Shown piece after piece: positions 42,516-53,725 of a DNA stretch of 64,000 nucleotides. Position numbers and translations under genes: made by a program. The stretch is from the NCBI RefSeq assembly GCF_009914755.1, contig NC_060945.1. One strand, written 5' to 3'. Positions within the stretch are counted from its first letter, which is position 1. Every line of letters begins with the position of its first letter. Source of the stretch: the human T2T-CHM13v2.0 reference genome, Homo sapiens. The notes beneath the pieces are model-generated. The model saw nothing but the letters and a program-made list of their open reading frames with translations. It was not told the origin of the DNA and did not search any database.

Positions 42516-44864
42516 CAGGACCTGAACTCAGCTCTGGGTCAAGCAGACCCGACAGGTATGTACAGAACTCTCCACCCAAAACAACAGAATATACATTCTT
42601 CTCATTGCCACATGGCACTTACTCTAAAATTGATCACATAATCAGAAGTAAAACACTCCTCAGCAAATGCAAACAGAACTAAAATCATAATAGTCTCTCA
42701 GATCACAGTGCAATCAAATTAGAACTCAAGATGAAGAAATTCACTCAAAACCACATAACTACATGGAAACTGAACAACCTGCTCCTGAATGACTCCTGGG
42801 TAAATAATCAAAGTAAGGCAGAAATCAAGAAGTTCTTGAAAACCAGCACAAGACAAGTTCTGGCCAGGGCAATCAGGCAAAAGAAAGAAATAAGAAGTAT
42901 TAAAATAGAAAAAGAAGTCAAATTATCTTTGTTTGCAGATGACATGATCTTATATCTAGAAAACCCCATTACCTCAGCCCAAAAGCTTCTTAAGCTGATA
43001 AGCAACCTCAGCAAAGTTTCAGGATACAAAATCAATATGCAAAAATCACTAGCATTCTTATACATCAACAACAGGCAAACAGAGAGCCAAATCAGGAATG
43101 AACTCCTATTCACAATTGCTACAAATAGAATAAAATACCTAAGAATACAGCTAACAAGGGAAGTGAACCACCTCTTCAAAGACAACTACAAACCACTGCT
43201 CAAGGAAATCAGAGAGGACACAAACAAATGGAAAAACATTCCATGCTCATGGATAGGAAGAATCAAGATTGTGAAAATGGCCATACTGCCCAAAGTAATT
43301 CAATGCTAGTCCCATTAAACTACCACTGACATTCTCTGCAGAATTAGAAGAAACTATTTTAAAATTCAGATGAAACCAAAAAAGAGCCTGAATAGCCAAG
43401 ACAATTCTAAGCAAAAACAACAAAGCTGAAGGCATCATGCTACCCAACTTCAAATTATACTACAGTAACCAAAACAGTATAGTACTGGTAGAAACACAGA
43501 CACATAGACCAATGGAACAGAACTGAGAACTCAGAAATAAGATTGCACACCTACAACCATCTGCCCTTCAACAAACCTGACAGAAACAAGCAATGGGGAA
43601 AGGATTCCGTTTAATAAACGGTGCTGGGAGAACTGGCTAGCCATATGCAGAAAGTTGAAACTGGACTCCTTCTTTACACCACATACAAAAATTAACTCAA
43701 GATAGATTAAAGACTTCAATGTAAAACGCCAAACTATGGAAAAACCCTAGAAGAAAATCTAGTCAATACCATTCAGGACATAGGCATGGGCAAAAATTTC
43801 ATGATGAAAATGCCAAAAACAATTGCACCAAAGCAAAAATTGTCAAATGGGATCTAATTAAACTAAAGAGCTTCTGCACAGCAAAACAAACTATCATCAG
43901 TGTAAACAGAAAACCTACAGAATGGGAGAACCATTTTGCAATCCATCCCTCTGACAAAAGTCTAATATCCATGGTCTACAAGGAACTTAAACAAATTTAC
44001 AAGAAAAAAATACTAAAAAGTGGGCAAAGGACATGAACAGACACTTCTCCGGAGAAGACATACATGTGGCCAAAAAGTGTATGAAAAAAGGCTCAACATC
44101 ACTGATCAACAGAGAAATGCAAATCAAAACCACAATGAGATACCATCTCATACCAGTCAGAATGGTGATTATTAAAAAGTCTAAAAACAACAGATGCTGG
44201 TGAGGTTGTGGAGAAATAGGAATGCTTTCACACTATTGGTGCGAATGCAAATTAGTTCAACCATTGTGGAAGACAGTGTGGCGATTCCTCAAAGATCTGG
44301 AGGCAGAAATACCATTGGACCCAGCAGTCTCATTACTGAGTATATACCCAAAGGAATAGAAATCATTCTATTTTAAAAATACACACAAATATATGTTCAC
44401 TGTGGCACTATTCACAATAGCAAGACATGGAACCAACCCAAATGCCCATCAATGATAAACTGGATATAGAAAATGTGGTACATATACACCATGTATATAA
44501 TAATGATAAACTGGATAAAGTAATGATAAACTGGATAAAGTAATGATAAACTGGATAAAGAAAATGTGGTACATATACACCATGGAATATACTATGCAGT
44601 ATATATATACTATGCGGTATATATATATATCATAAAAAGGATCATGCCCTTTGAAGGGACATGGATGGAGCTGGAAGCCATAATTCTAAGTGAAGTAATG
44701 CAGGAACAGAAAACAAAACACTGTAAGTTCCCACTTATTATTGTGAGCTGAATGATGAGAACCCATAAACACATGGTGGGGAACAACACACACTGGAGCC
44801 TGTTGGGGGTAGGGGGAGGGAGAACATCAGGAAGAATGGCTCAGAATAAACAAATAAATAAATT
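42516..44864 (+). mobile_element. Older L1PA (about PA13-16), 5'-truncated, with internal ORF2 deletions and a shortened 3' UTR
   Basis: ORF 42731-43309 joins post-endonuclease [11 protein letters not shown] directly to [22 protein letters not shown]; TSD AGATGTGCTGTA (42504-42515) / AGATGTGTTGTA (44865-44876). Confidence 0.93.
44451..44584. repeat. Nested duplication containing 3 perfect 20-mers TAATGATAAACTGGATAAAG (44501-44560)
   Basis: Directly visible within the L1 3' region. Confidence 0.93.
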
Positions 44865-45938
44865 AGATGTGTTGTAAAATACACACCAAATTTCAAAGAC
44901 TTAGTACCCCAAAAAAGTCAACTAACTCATTAATAACTTTTTATAGTGATTATATGTTAAAATTTGGCTACAACGGATTAAAACATATTACTAAACTTTT
45001 TTTTTACCTTTATCATAGGGCTACTAGAAAAATTTAAATTACCCATATAGCTCACATTATATTTTAATTATATAATCTTAACCCAGAGTATTCATGAAAA
45101 CGAGAATCTCATAGAGGTAGCACAGGAATCTGCATGGTTAACAAGCATCCAAGTGATTAAGGTCACTGCTATTTGAAAACCCCTGACTCAGCAGTGACCT
45201 GAAGCACGAGTCAGGACACTTGGATTCTAAACATCATTCAGTTCTTTTTCTTACCTGGGACTCCATCTCCTCATCAATAGCATGAAGGGCTTGGATTAGA
45301 CCTGGAAAGTTGTCTGATTTAAGGCTTCCGATTCCATTATCCACTGATTGTCCATCAACCCATAAACCTAGGCCAGCAGATGTCCCCAGAGACTGAATGT
45401 ACCCAGATGGATACCAGATTCAGGCAGGTGTGACCTTAGGGAGGCTTTCCTGGTTTTTCACATCCTCCGGAGGACTCTGAAAGAATGGTCACCTGGGGGC
45501 TTCCCAGAGGAGTACAGCTAACTCCAGGGGAACCACATGGAACGTTGTCTGCATCAACATCCTTATCGCGACCAACTGCCCAAGGACTGCCATGTACAGC
45601 ACAGCCTCTCGATATGTCCCAGAGCAGACTCACACTCTTAGGCTGCCCTAAAAATGGCCAAGATTCCATGGATCAAACAGCAGAAGAATGCAGCCCGTCC
45701 CAAGGAAGGTTACTCGACTCAAGCTACCAACCTATTCAGCCAGAAGAATTCCTTTTCAGAAGCAGATTGGGAAACCAATTTTTTTTCCCCTATGGAACCA
45801 TCAATTTCACCTTTCCAAGATGACTCTGACGAAAGTTGCTAACCCACTCTTCAGAACCTTTGAAATTCATCTTTCTAATTGAAGGGAGGTTTTCCAGTGG
45901 GGAAAAAATGGCTCATTCGAAATAAGAATAAATGTGTT

Positions 45939-46350
45939 CGGCGTCGGCGTCGCTCCGCGCGGGGGCTCCAGGCCGAAGTCTCGCCGCGGGCTGCGAGTCA
46001 AATGCCGGTGGTTAAGGGCGCTCGATAGGCCTCTACCCGTTTGGCGTTGGCTCTGGCGTCTGGGTCGTTGTGTCCTGACAACCGCTCAGGTAACCGTTTC
46101 CTAGACAGCGGGTGCGGCTACTTTAGCCCTGAGCGTGCTCTGCGGCTGCCTGCGGGTCTCAGCTAGTGTCCGACCCTTCTCTTCGCGGACTCCACGCCGA
46201 GCAGCCACCCTGAGCCAAGAGCCGGAAGTCCCGGCATTGGCGGCCTGGACAGCCTCGCACCGGCCAATCAAGGAGAACCTCAAGAACAACTTCCTCTATG
46301 ACTTCCTCTACGGCGGTGTCGGCCTAACAGCTCCACGGGAGTGTGGACGA
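45939..46350. promoter_or_regulatory. CpG island derived from the PPP1R2 5' UTR / first coding segment; possible promoter
   Basis: About 42 CpGs in ~410 bp by manual count; CCGGAAGT at 46222-46229; GGCCAATCA with CCAAT at 46264-46268. Activity not shown. Confidence 0.6.
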
Positions 46351-49283
46351 GGAGCTGAGCAAAAAAATTCCAGAAGTGAGATGAAATGAACATCCTGGCG
46401 ACATATCATCCAGCAGACAAAGACTATGGTTTATGAAAATAGATGAACCAAGCACTTCTTCCCATCGTATTATAGGTGATGATGAAGATGTATGTAGTGA
46501 TACAGAGACCACTGAAACCATGGAACGAGATATCTTAGCTAAGAAATTCGCTGCTGCTTGAAGGCTCGGAGCCAAAGTATAGGGTTCAGGAATAAGATAG
46601 CAGCAGAGAGGAGGATAGTGACCTCTCACCTGAAGAACAAGAAAAAAAGCGACAATTTGAAATGAAAAGGAAGTTTCACTACAATGAAGGACTCAATATC
46701 ATCAAACTAGCTAGACAATTTCAAAAGACCTAAATGATGACGAAGATGAAGAAATGTTAGAGACTGTAGATGGAGAAAGCATGAATACGGAAAAATCAAA
46801 TCAAGGATCTACTGCAAGTGACCAACAGCAAAAGAAATCACGAAGTTCATAGAAGAGATTTGTTCAACGCTGCAATTGTTAGATATAAACCCTGTTACTA
46901 TAATGCATTGCTTCTTGTTCTCCACAATTCATGACTGAAGTACCAAAATGCATACCAGTTATTATATATTGCCAAGAATTAAATGATAACCTTATAGAGA
47001 CTGATAATGCCTAAAATATATTCTTGTGCATAGTACTTTACCACAAATACAGTGTAATATCATCAGTCCAAAACTGCATTACTTTTGTAAAAAACACTGG
47101 TTAATTTGTATAAGATATCATATAACTTTTTATGCTTTAGAGGTTAAACAATGTCTTTGGGGGGGAACATTTATTGTCATCACTCTAAATGTGGTGGTAG
47201 CTCTTATAAAGTTTGTTGTTGTTTTAATCAAAAGCCAACTGAACAGCATATAAAGACTGATAAATATTCAGGCTGAGTAGTATTTTAACGCTTGTCTTCA
47301 ACTTGATTTGTCTGTTTAATTGAAAAGGGTTGTAAGAGTTACCGTTGCATTTTCTGGCCTACTACCTTTAAAATTCCTGTTGTGTTTCTTTGTATTTACA
47401 AGGAAAGGTCTGAACTTTTTCTTGTCAAAACTAGCTTTTTTCCGACAAATAAATTATCAGGTTAAACTTGCACTAATGTCTCCTCTGTTTTTTGTTTTGG
47501 TTTTTTCTATTTTATGTTTTTGGTACACTGGGCAGACTTCAGAGCAGCTTTTTTTCAATAAATATTCTAATGTAGCTATCTCAGCATTCCCTTTAAATAC
47601 CTGTCTTAACCTCCTGCTTTTATTTCTTACCCCTTTCCTCACATAGGCACACAATCCTTTACCTTTTAAAGGATCATTAAGATTGTCACAACGTTAGGAA
47701 CTCTTTCTCTCACTCTTCTGTCATTTGCTGCAATATTGAAATTCTTATTTTGACCATCAATGCCTATGAATTCTTCTAATACACGAAGCAAATAGATTAA
47801 GTAGCAGCAGTACTATAGGCAGGAAATACAGTTTAACTGCTGAATTTCTATACCTCTCTCATTTACAGCTTGCTAATTAAATTGTTATTATCAGTTTTTT
47901 TGGCTTAATTAGACTTAAGAAAACAATTAACTGAGGGTTTTTTTGTTTTTTGGGTTTTTTTTTTTTTTTGCATGAGGAGAGAATTGTGTGTAACCAGTGA
48001 TATGATTATTACTGAAAGTACAGACAAAAGTAAGCCTGGACATTGTTTAATTTAAATACTTTAAATAGTCCCTGCTTTAAGGGAATACGATAATATATAC
48101 TATGACAAATGTACTTTATTCTTCTAACACAGTAAGAATTACTTGGAATTTTTTCCTGAAATGAAGTGCAGGAAAGCCCTGTGCATCTTGGGTTAGTGAT
48201 GGTTTCATTTCTAGCCAATTATTTGTATCTTAAGTTTTTGTTAGTACCAAAATAATCTGTTATATGAACAGACTTTTAAAATAATTTCTGTATATTATAT
48301 ATATAAGAAAGCTTTTATTGAACAGCTTATCTTCCACTTGCAAGTTTATGGAAATATCAGTATGTCAAAATAAATAAAAAGTGGGAGAATTATTTGGTAT
48401 TAGAAGAATGTTTTAATTATTTTGATTTTTTTAATGGGATATAATCAAAGTACTGCTGAACTATAGGTGCAGTATTCTACTAAACATTTCAGCTAGTAAT
48501 ACCACTGATTTAGAAACAAAACTGCTTATCTCTGCCTTCTGAATTTAGAATGTTGAGATTACCTGTTTAAATCTGTTTTGGGGGATGTAGACATTAAGTC
48601 TGTACATACATGTGTACATATATTCATGCACCTTCTGATTTTGGTTTTCTTGTTTTTGAGTTCTTAGAAAGTATTCACATACTCTTTTTTTTGGTAGAAG
48701 TAGCTGTTGTACAATGAAGAAAAGGATAAGACTTTAAACAGTTGATTCTGTTTGTGTTTTCTCCAAATTATTTTTTGAAATTTACCTTACAAGCAAACTC
48801 ATTTTCTGGTTTTCAGAAATAGATGATTATTTCAGAGCAGTAAGACATGACAAACAGCATGCCCAGGAGGATTTTAGGTAGTCAAATTCAGCTGAGAAAA
48901 AGGTGTTTTCAAGTCATAAGTTGCTCATTGATATGGTATGAACTAGTCAAAATATGAACCATTATAATTCAAGTTAGATTTTCTTCTGGAGAGACAGATT
49001 TGAATGTTCAGTTCTAGCCACAGTAGATTTTACTTTCAACTTTTTAATCAATATCACTTTCTGTGCTTAACTCCTTGGTGTTGCCTTGTCCGTTTTCATT
49101 AATCAAATTCTGCAGGGATGACTAAAATTTGACATAATGGTATAAATGGATTGTTAAGAATAACTTTAAGTTGAAGATTAAAGCAAGATGCCATTTTCCC
49201 CATGACTTCGATTTTGTTTACATTTTTTCCTTTAAGTTAGTATACACTACACATACATAAAATACAATAATATGACAACAAAA
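45940..49283 (+). pseudogene. PPP1R2P2: Processed pseudogene of protein phosphatase 1 regulatory inhibitor subunit 2 (PPP1R2, inhibitor-2); probably PPP1R2P2
   Basis: Intronless CDS remnant 46237-46852 encoding AA.TASHRPIK, DEMNILATYHPADKDYG, KKRQFEMKRKFHYNEGLNI and NQGSTASDQQQKKSRSS*. ATG is mutated to TTG, stops at 46325 (TAA) and 46377 (TGA, the W of KSQKW), plus frameshifts. GC-rich 5' UTR, ~2.4 kb AT-rich 3' UTR; TSD GAATAAATGT(GT)TC at 45926 and 49285. The paralogue number is from memory of the neighbourhood. Confidence 0.95.
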
Positions 49284-49307
49284 GGAATAAATGTTCTTAT
49301 TTTATAG

Positions 49308-49830
49308 AATAATAAAATGTCTGATATTGGGATATGACTGGTGGTGTTATATTCATAATTGTTGTAATAAAATTAGTAACTCCTAAAATTAATGGAATAC
49401 CTGCGAAGCGTAATGAGAAAATTGTAAGAGGCTCCTGCGTGTGCTAAATTTCCAACTAAAGCTGCTTATCCTGTCCCAGCTCCAGCTTCTACTAGTAAAG
49501 GGGCAAGCAGAAGTCAAAACGATGGTGAAAAAAGTCAGAAGCTTATATTGTTTATAAGAGAATGCTGTATCTCGGCTCAGTCATTTAGGGAGCTAATCAG
49601 TTACCAAGTCCTCTTATTTTAATTGGCATATCCATTAAAAGATTATTACAAATGCATGGGCAGTTATAATGACATAAATTTGATCATTGCCTAATAGGGC
49701 TCCTGGTTGACCCAGTTTGGCTCATATTAAGAGATTTATGTCAGTTCCTACTACTCTGGCTCAAGCACCGAATACTATAATGTGCCAATATCTTTGTGTT
49801 TGTTGAAAATAATCAATGATTAATCAATAT
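49308..49830 (-). pseudogene. MT-CO1 pseudogene, N-terminal ~185 codons (part of NUMT)
   Basis: Reverse complement ATATTGATTAATCATTGATTATTTTCAACAAACACAAAGATATTGGCACATTA resembles M.IN.WLFSTNHKDIGTL; the distal end resembles NFITTI.NM.PP.MSQYQT. Confidence 0.92.
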
Positions 49831-49839
49831 AGGTAGAAG

Positions 49840-49904
49840 AGTGAAATGGCTGAGGAAGCCTTAATCCGTAATCTAAAGACAGAGGTTGAACCCTCTTTTT
49901 ACTG
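49840..49904 (+). pseudogene. mt-tRNA-Tyr pseudogene (NUMT)
   Basis: AAATGGCTGAG...GTA(49868-49870)ATCTAAAGACAGAGGTTGAACCCTCTTTTTAC. Confidence 0.85.
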
Positions 49905-49971
49905 TGCCTCAAGGTGAATAGTCACATCAAATTGCAAACTCAAAGATGCAGCTTCAATTCTGCCAGGGCTT
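49905..49971 (+). pseudogene. mt-tRNA-Cys pseudogene (NUMT), followed by a degenerate OL at 49969-50000
   Basis: AATTGCAAACTCAAAGATGCAGCTTCAATTCTGCCAGGGCTT; GCA anticodon at 49934-49936. Confidence 0.85.
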
Positions 49972-50000
49972 CCCCTGCCCTTTTCTCTCAACAGCAGAAG

Positions 50001-50073
50001 TAGACTGAAGACAGGTGATTAGGGTATTTCACTGTTAATGAAATTTTCTTGAGGTTGGATACTACCAATCTAA
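50001..50073 (+). pseudogene. mt-tRNA-Asn pseudogene (NUMT)
   Basis: TAGACTGAAGACAGGTGATTAGGGTATTTCACTGTTAA... Confidence 0.85.
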
Positions 50074-50074
50074 T

Positions 50075-50145
50075 GAGGATTTAGTTTAATTAAAATGTTT
50101 GATTTGCATTCAATTGATGTAAGATAGAGAGTGTTGCAGTCCTTA
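50075..50145 (+). pseudogene. mt-tRNA-Ala pseudogene (NUMT)
   Basis: GAGGATTTAGTTTAATTAAAATGTTTGATTTGCATTCAATTGATG...TTGCAGTCCTTA. Confidence 0.85.
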
Positions 50146-50151
50146 ATTTTT

Positions 50152-50217
50152 CAGGAATAAAATATAAAATATTGCTTAGGGCTTTGAAGGCTTTTGGTCT
50201 GCCTAACCTAAATTCCT
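50152..50217 (-). pseudogene. mt-tRNA-Trp pseudogene (NUMT)
   Basis: AGGGCTTTGAAGGCTTTTGGTCTGCCTAACCTAAATTCCT is the reverse complement of tRNA-Trp(UCA). Confidence 0.85.
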
Positions 50218-51198
50218 AATCCAATGTTGAGAATACTGGTTTAAGTGGGAAGAAAAAGGCTGATAACAAAATAAGCGAGGGAAGGAAGAATGTTTATTTT
50301 ATATTTTCAAATTGTCATTTTGTTTTTATGTTATTGGTTTTGGGGAACGTCTTTAATGATGTAGAATAGATTAATCCCATACAAAAACATAAGTTGAGTA
50401 GGGCTTTGATGGTGATAAATGTTAGTATAATAACGCTGTTATTTTTTGTTAATTCTTGGCTAATAAGTCATTTGGTAAAAATCGTGTAAGAGGAGGTAGG
50501 TCTTTTGGAGATAATAGAAATATAAAGATATGGGAGTTATTAGTGATAACTTACCCCATGTATGTAATAATGATAATGTATGGGAGTTATATTTAAATTG
50601 AATAAATATGAATACAGTGATTATTAATATTTTGTAATTAGTAGATGTAACATTATTGTAGAAAGGTTGTAGGTTAGAGTGGACATTATTTAGTCTATAT
50701 GTGCAATTAATAGGCCAGAATTTTGTATAGTTATGCCTGATTTAGTCTTCCTCATTCTCCTATCAGAATTGATAATATAGCAGTAATTAATATTACATTT
50801 GGGTTAATTGATGATACTTGGAATTGAGATTAGTGCCAGTTTTTGTCATATTAATAAGATTATGCCTGATGTTATTGGAATTCCTTGTCTTACTTCTGGG
50901 ACTCAGAAATGGAATGGAGAAAGCCCACTTTTTATAATTACTGTTATAGTGATTATTACAGATGCTATTGGGTTGGGAATTTTTATGATTGTTCACTACC
51001 CAGAATATGATATATCAAGACACCTACTATTAGGACTGTAGATGCAGTTGTGTTAAGAAATATTTAGTAGCTGCTTCTTTGGATCATGAATTTAATTTTT
51101 TATTAAAATGAGAATAATGGCTAGTACATTTATTTCTAGTCCTATTCAGATTATTAATCAGTGCAAGCTAAATATTGTAAGTATAGTTCCTGTAAATT
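50218..51198 (-). pseudogene. MT-ND2 pseudogene lacking only the first ~13 codons (part of NUMT)
   Basis: Reverse complement translates (mt code) to FTGTMLTMFSLHWLMIWMGLEMNVLAII...EAATKYFLTQ...PFHFWVPEV. Confidence 0.92.
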
Positions 51199-53065
51199 TC
51201 TGGCTCACGGTTCACATCACTCTCTGTTATATAGTATACAGAGACATACGTATTATATATATATGATATCTTTCTAAAAATAACCAATGAAATTGCTTTA
51301 GTAAGCATTGCCATGTCATTTTTGGAGGGAGAAAGATAGGGAGCAAAGAAGGAAATGGGTAAGATGGGCCCCAATCTAAACCTCAGGTGTGCTTCCCACA
51401 AAAGGTTCCAGAGAGTCTCTGGATTCCCCACAACCAGAGAGCAACAGCAGGTGGAGTTAGATTGGAGATGAAAGCATTTCAGATAAATGTTTGTTGACTC
51501 ACATGTAAGGAGAAAATTTACCAGGCTGCCTAAGAGGAAAAGATCTTGGCCCAAACCTTTTCCTTAATCAATGGAAGAATCCCCATTTTCCCCCACTACA
51601 AAGAAAGGAGCAAAGAGCCAGCCACGAGGTGGTCAATCTGCACCAGCTCAGACATGAGTGCAAGGACATTCTATGGCCTGGAATCTTCAACGCACATGAA
51701 AAGGGCTTTTTCTATCCATAAATGGTAATGATCTACAACAATAGGGCTGTGACACTGGAAGATACCAATTCCTACATCTTGCTTTGCTGAGGACACTCAC
51801 GGTTTTAGCCTCAGACCTTCCTAGATTACATTTTAGCTTTAGTTCATATTCTCATATTTGTCCTAAATGTCAGCCTCTGATCAAGCTCATTAAACAGAGG
51901 CTGGCCCTTCCCACAGGGGGCTTATTATCTCAGCCAGACAATTCTTGCCAGTAGGCAAGAGGAAGAAGACAAGCAAACTTATAAGAGTTGTAAAGAATGG
52001 AACTGGGACCCAAATTATGAGCTAAGGCCTTGAGTAAACATATACAGAGGTTCCAGGTAAATGGTGATTCTGTTTACAGTGGAACAGGGCCTTCTTATCC
52101 AGGATTTCTCCTCCTAGCTGATCTGATTAGCAGCTCCTTATTCATATCTCCTGCTCCAAAGTTTTCCATTGCCACATATACAGGTAATGGTATTTTGCAC
52201 AAGAAGATAAGCATGATTCAATAGAGGTAGGAGGGTCTGGTAATCAGCTACAACATCAATTGCAATATATGATCACTAGTAACATTCCCAACAGGTGTGG
52301 CCCCACCTCTTCCTCTGCATGGAAAACAATTAATGGTATCTTTTTTGCTATCCTTGGATTGTGACTAAAGTATGAGGTGCTTTCATCATAATTAGAGGTG
52401 CTGTGTCACCAGGATCTATGTTAATGAGCAACCAGAACTTCCTGGAAGATAATAGCCCAAGAAGCAACCCACTGTCATCAGTGAAGAAGTGACTCTGGGA
52501 AGACGTTGGTGCTTGGTTGGTTTCCTGAGCCCGGCCCAGCCCAATCTGCAATATGTAGAGACCGCAACTGAAAAGGGAGGTTGTTTTCACTAACAATATC
52601 CAAGGCACTGAGGAAGGGGTGGCTCTGCTTCAGTGACCTTTCATGAAGTACACACCAGGTGAAAAGAGGAATTTGCTCCACAAAAAACTACACAGCTGTG
52701 GCTCCTAAGGGCTCCAAGTATCATCAGCACAAGCAGAGGAGATGGCGCCCAGGGCAGCAGCAGAGTGGCCTGGAGGGCAGGTGTCGCTCACCCCAGGGGT
52801 GGCAGATGGTCTCAGGTAGACCTGGATGACAACGGAGGAGTCTCTGCTGGCACCTTCCCAGGCATCAAGGAAATAAAATGGCAGCTGCCACACGGTAACT
52901 AAGCCCTGGAACCATTTAGGAGAAAGGTTTCTGAGGGCCAATGTCCCAAAGCAGCTAGAAAAATAAGGTCATCAATACTAGTGTGAACCTCTTTTAAGCC
53001 CCATGAGTTGTAAGATCTTAACCACAGTCTACAACTTCAAACTTTTTCTAGGATGTAAAAATTGT

Positions 53066-53406
<341 letters not shown>

Positions 53407-53693
53407 TCAGAGATTCCTTCTTCTCTGATCTCTCTTCAGAATCAGGTTTCACCAGCTTAACCTGAGACTTAAAGGTGCTGAAAAATGAAGGTTTCAGGTG
53501 AATAAATGGGACTGCAGAACAGAGATTGGCAGCTATCATTATAACCTAGTGCCAAAGGGGTTAGACCCATGGGTTCCACCTGTCTGGTGAATAATCACCT
53601 TCACTAAGAAGATGGTCATCTACCAGTTATGACCTGACATCCTACTCAATGCCTTCGAGTAGGAGAGTATAAAGAGTATAAAGAGGACTAGCT

Positions 53694-53725
53694 ATCACTT
53701 CTCAGCTTTTGGCTAAGAACAAGTG
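53694..53725 (+). pseudogene. 3'-truncated U2 snRNA retrocopy fragment
   Basis: ATCACTTCTCAGCTTTTGGCTAAGAACAAGTG versus U2 5' end ATCGCTTCTCGGCCTTTTGGCTAAGATCAAGTG; degenerate TSD AAGAGGACTAGCT / AAGGGCACCGGCT. Confidence 0.8.

Larger units (their letters stand above)
42428..45070. mobile_element. MER33/MER3-like hAT MITE split by the L1 (pieces ~42428-42515 and ~44865-45070)
   Basis: AAAATGTGGCTAATCCAAACCAAGATGTGCTGTA | AGATGTGTTGTAAAATACACACCAAATTTCAAAGACTTAGTA...GCTACTAGAAAAATTTAAATTAC. Confidence 0.7.
49308..51198 (-). pseudogene. NUMT (nuclear mitochondrial insertion): ND2-W-A-N-OL-C-Y-COX1 block
   Basis: Vertebrate mtDNA gene order preserved; many indels and stops. Confidence 0.96.

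Noticed and set aside
44501-44560. CRISPR-like array (also considered for 38075-38522 and the SVA VNTR)
   Set aside because: Contiguous tandem repeats without unique spacers, in primate DNA with no cas genes
45485-45823. 112-aa ORF upstream of the CpG island
   Set aside because: No homology recognised; it lies upstream of the putative promoter on the plus strand
46237-46852. Functional PPP1R2 retrogene
   Set aside because: Start codon is TTG, in-frame stops and frameshifts are present, and the PP1-binding KSQKW tryptophan is a stop
49840-50217. Functional tRNA cluster
   Set aside because: Degenerate mitochondrial tRNAs within a NUMT, with mismatched stems; reported as pseudogenes
52730-52810. 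Possible CTCF site (GAGGAGATGGCGCC) and nearby GC-rich motifs
   Set aside because: Lacks the CC at the 5' part of the core; cannot be supported without a PWM scan or ChIP
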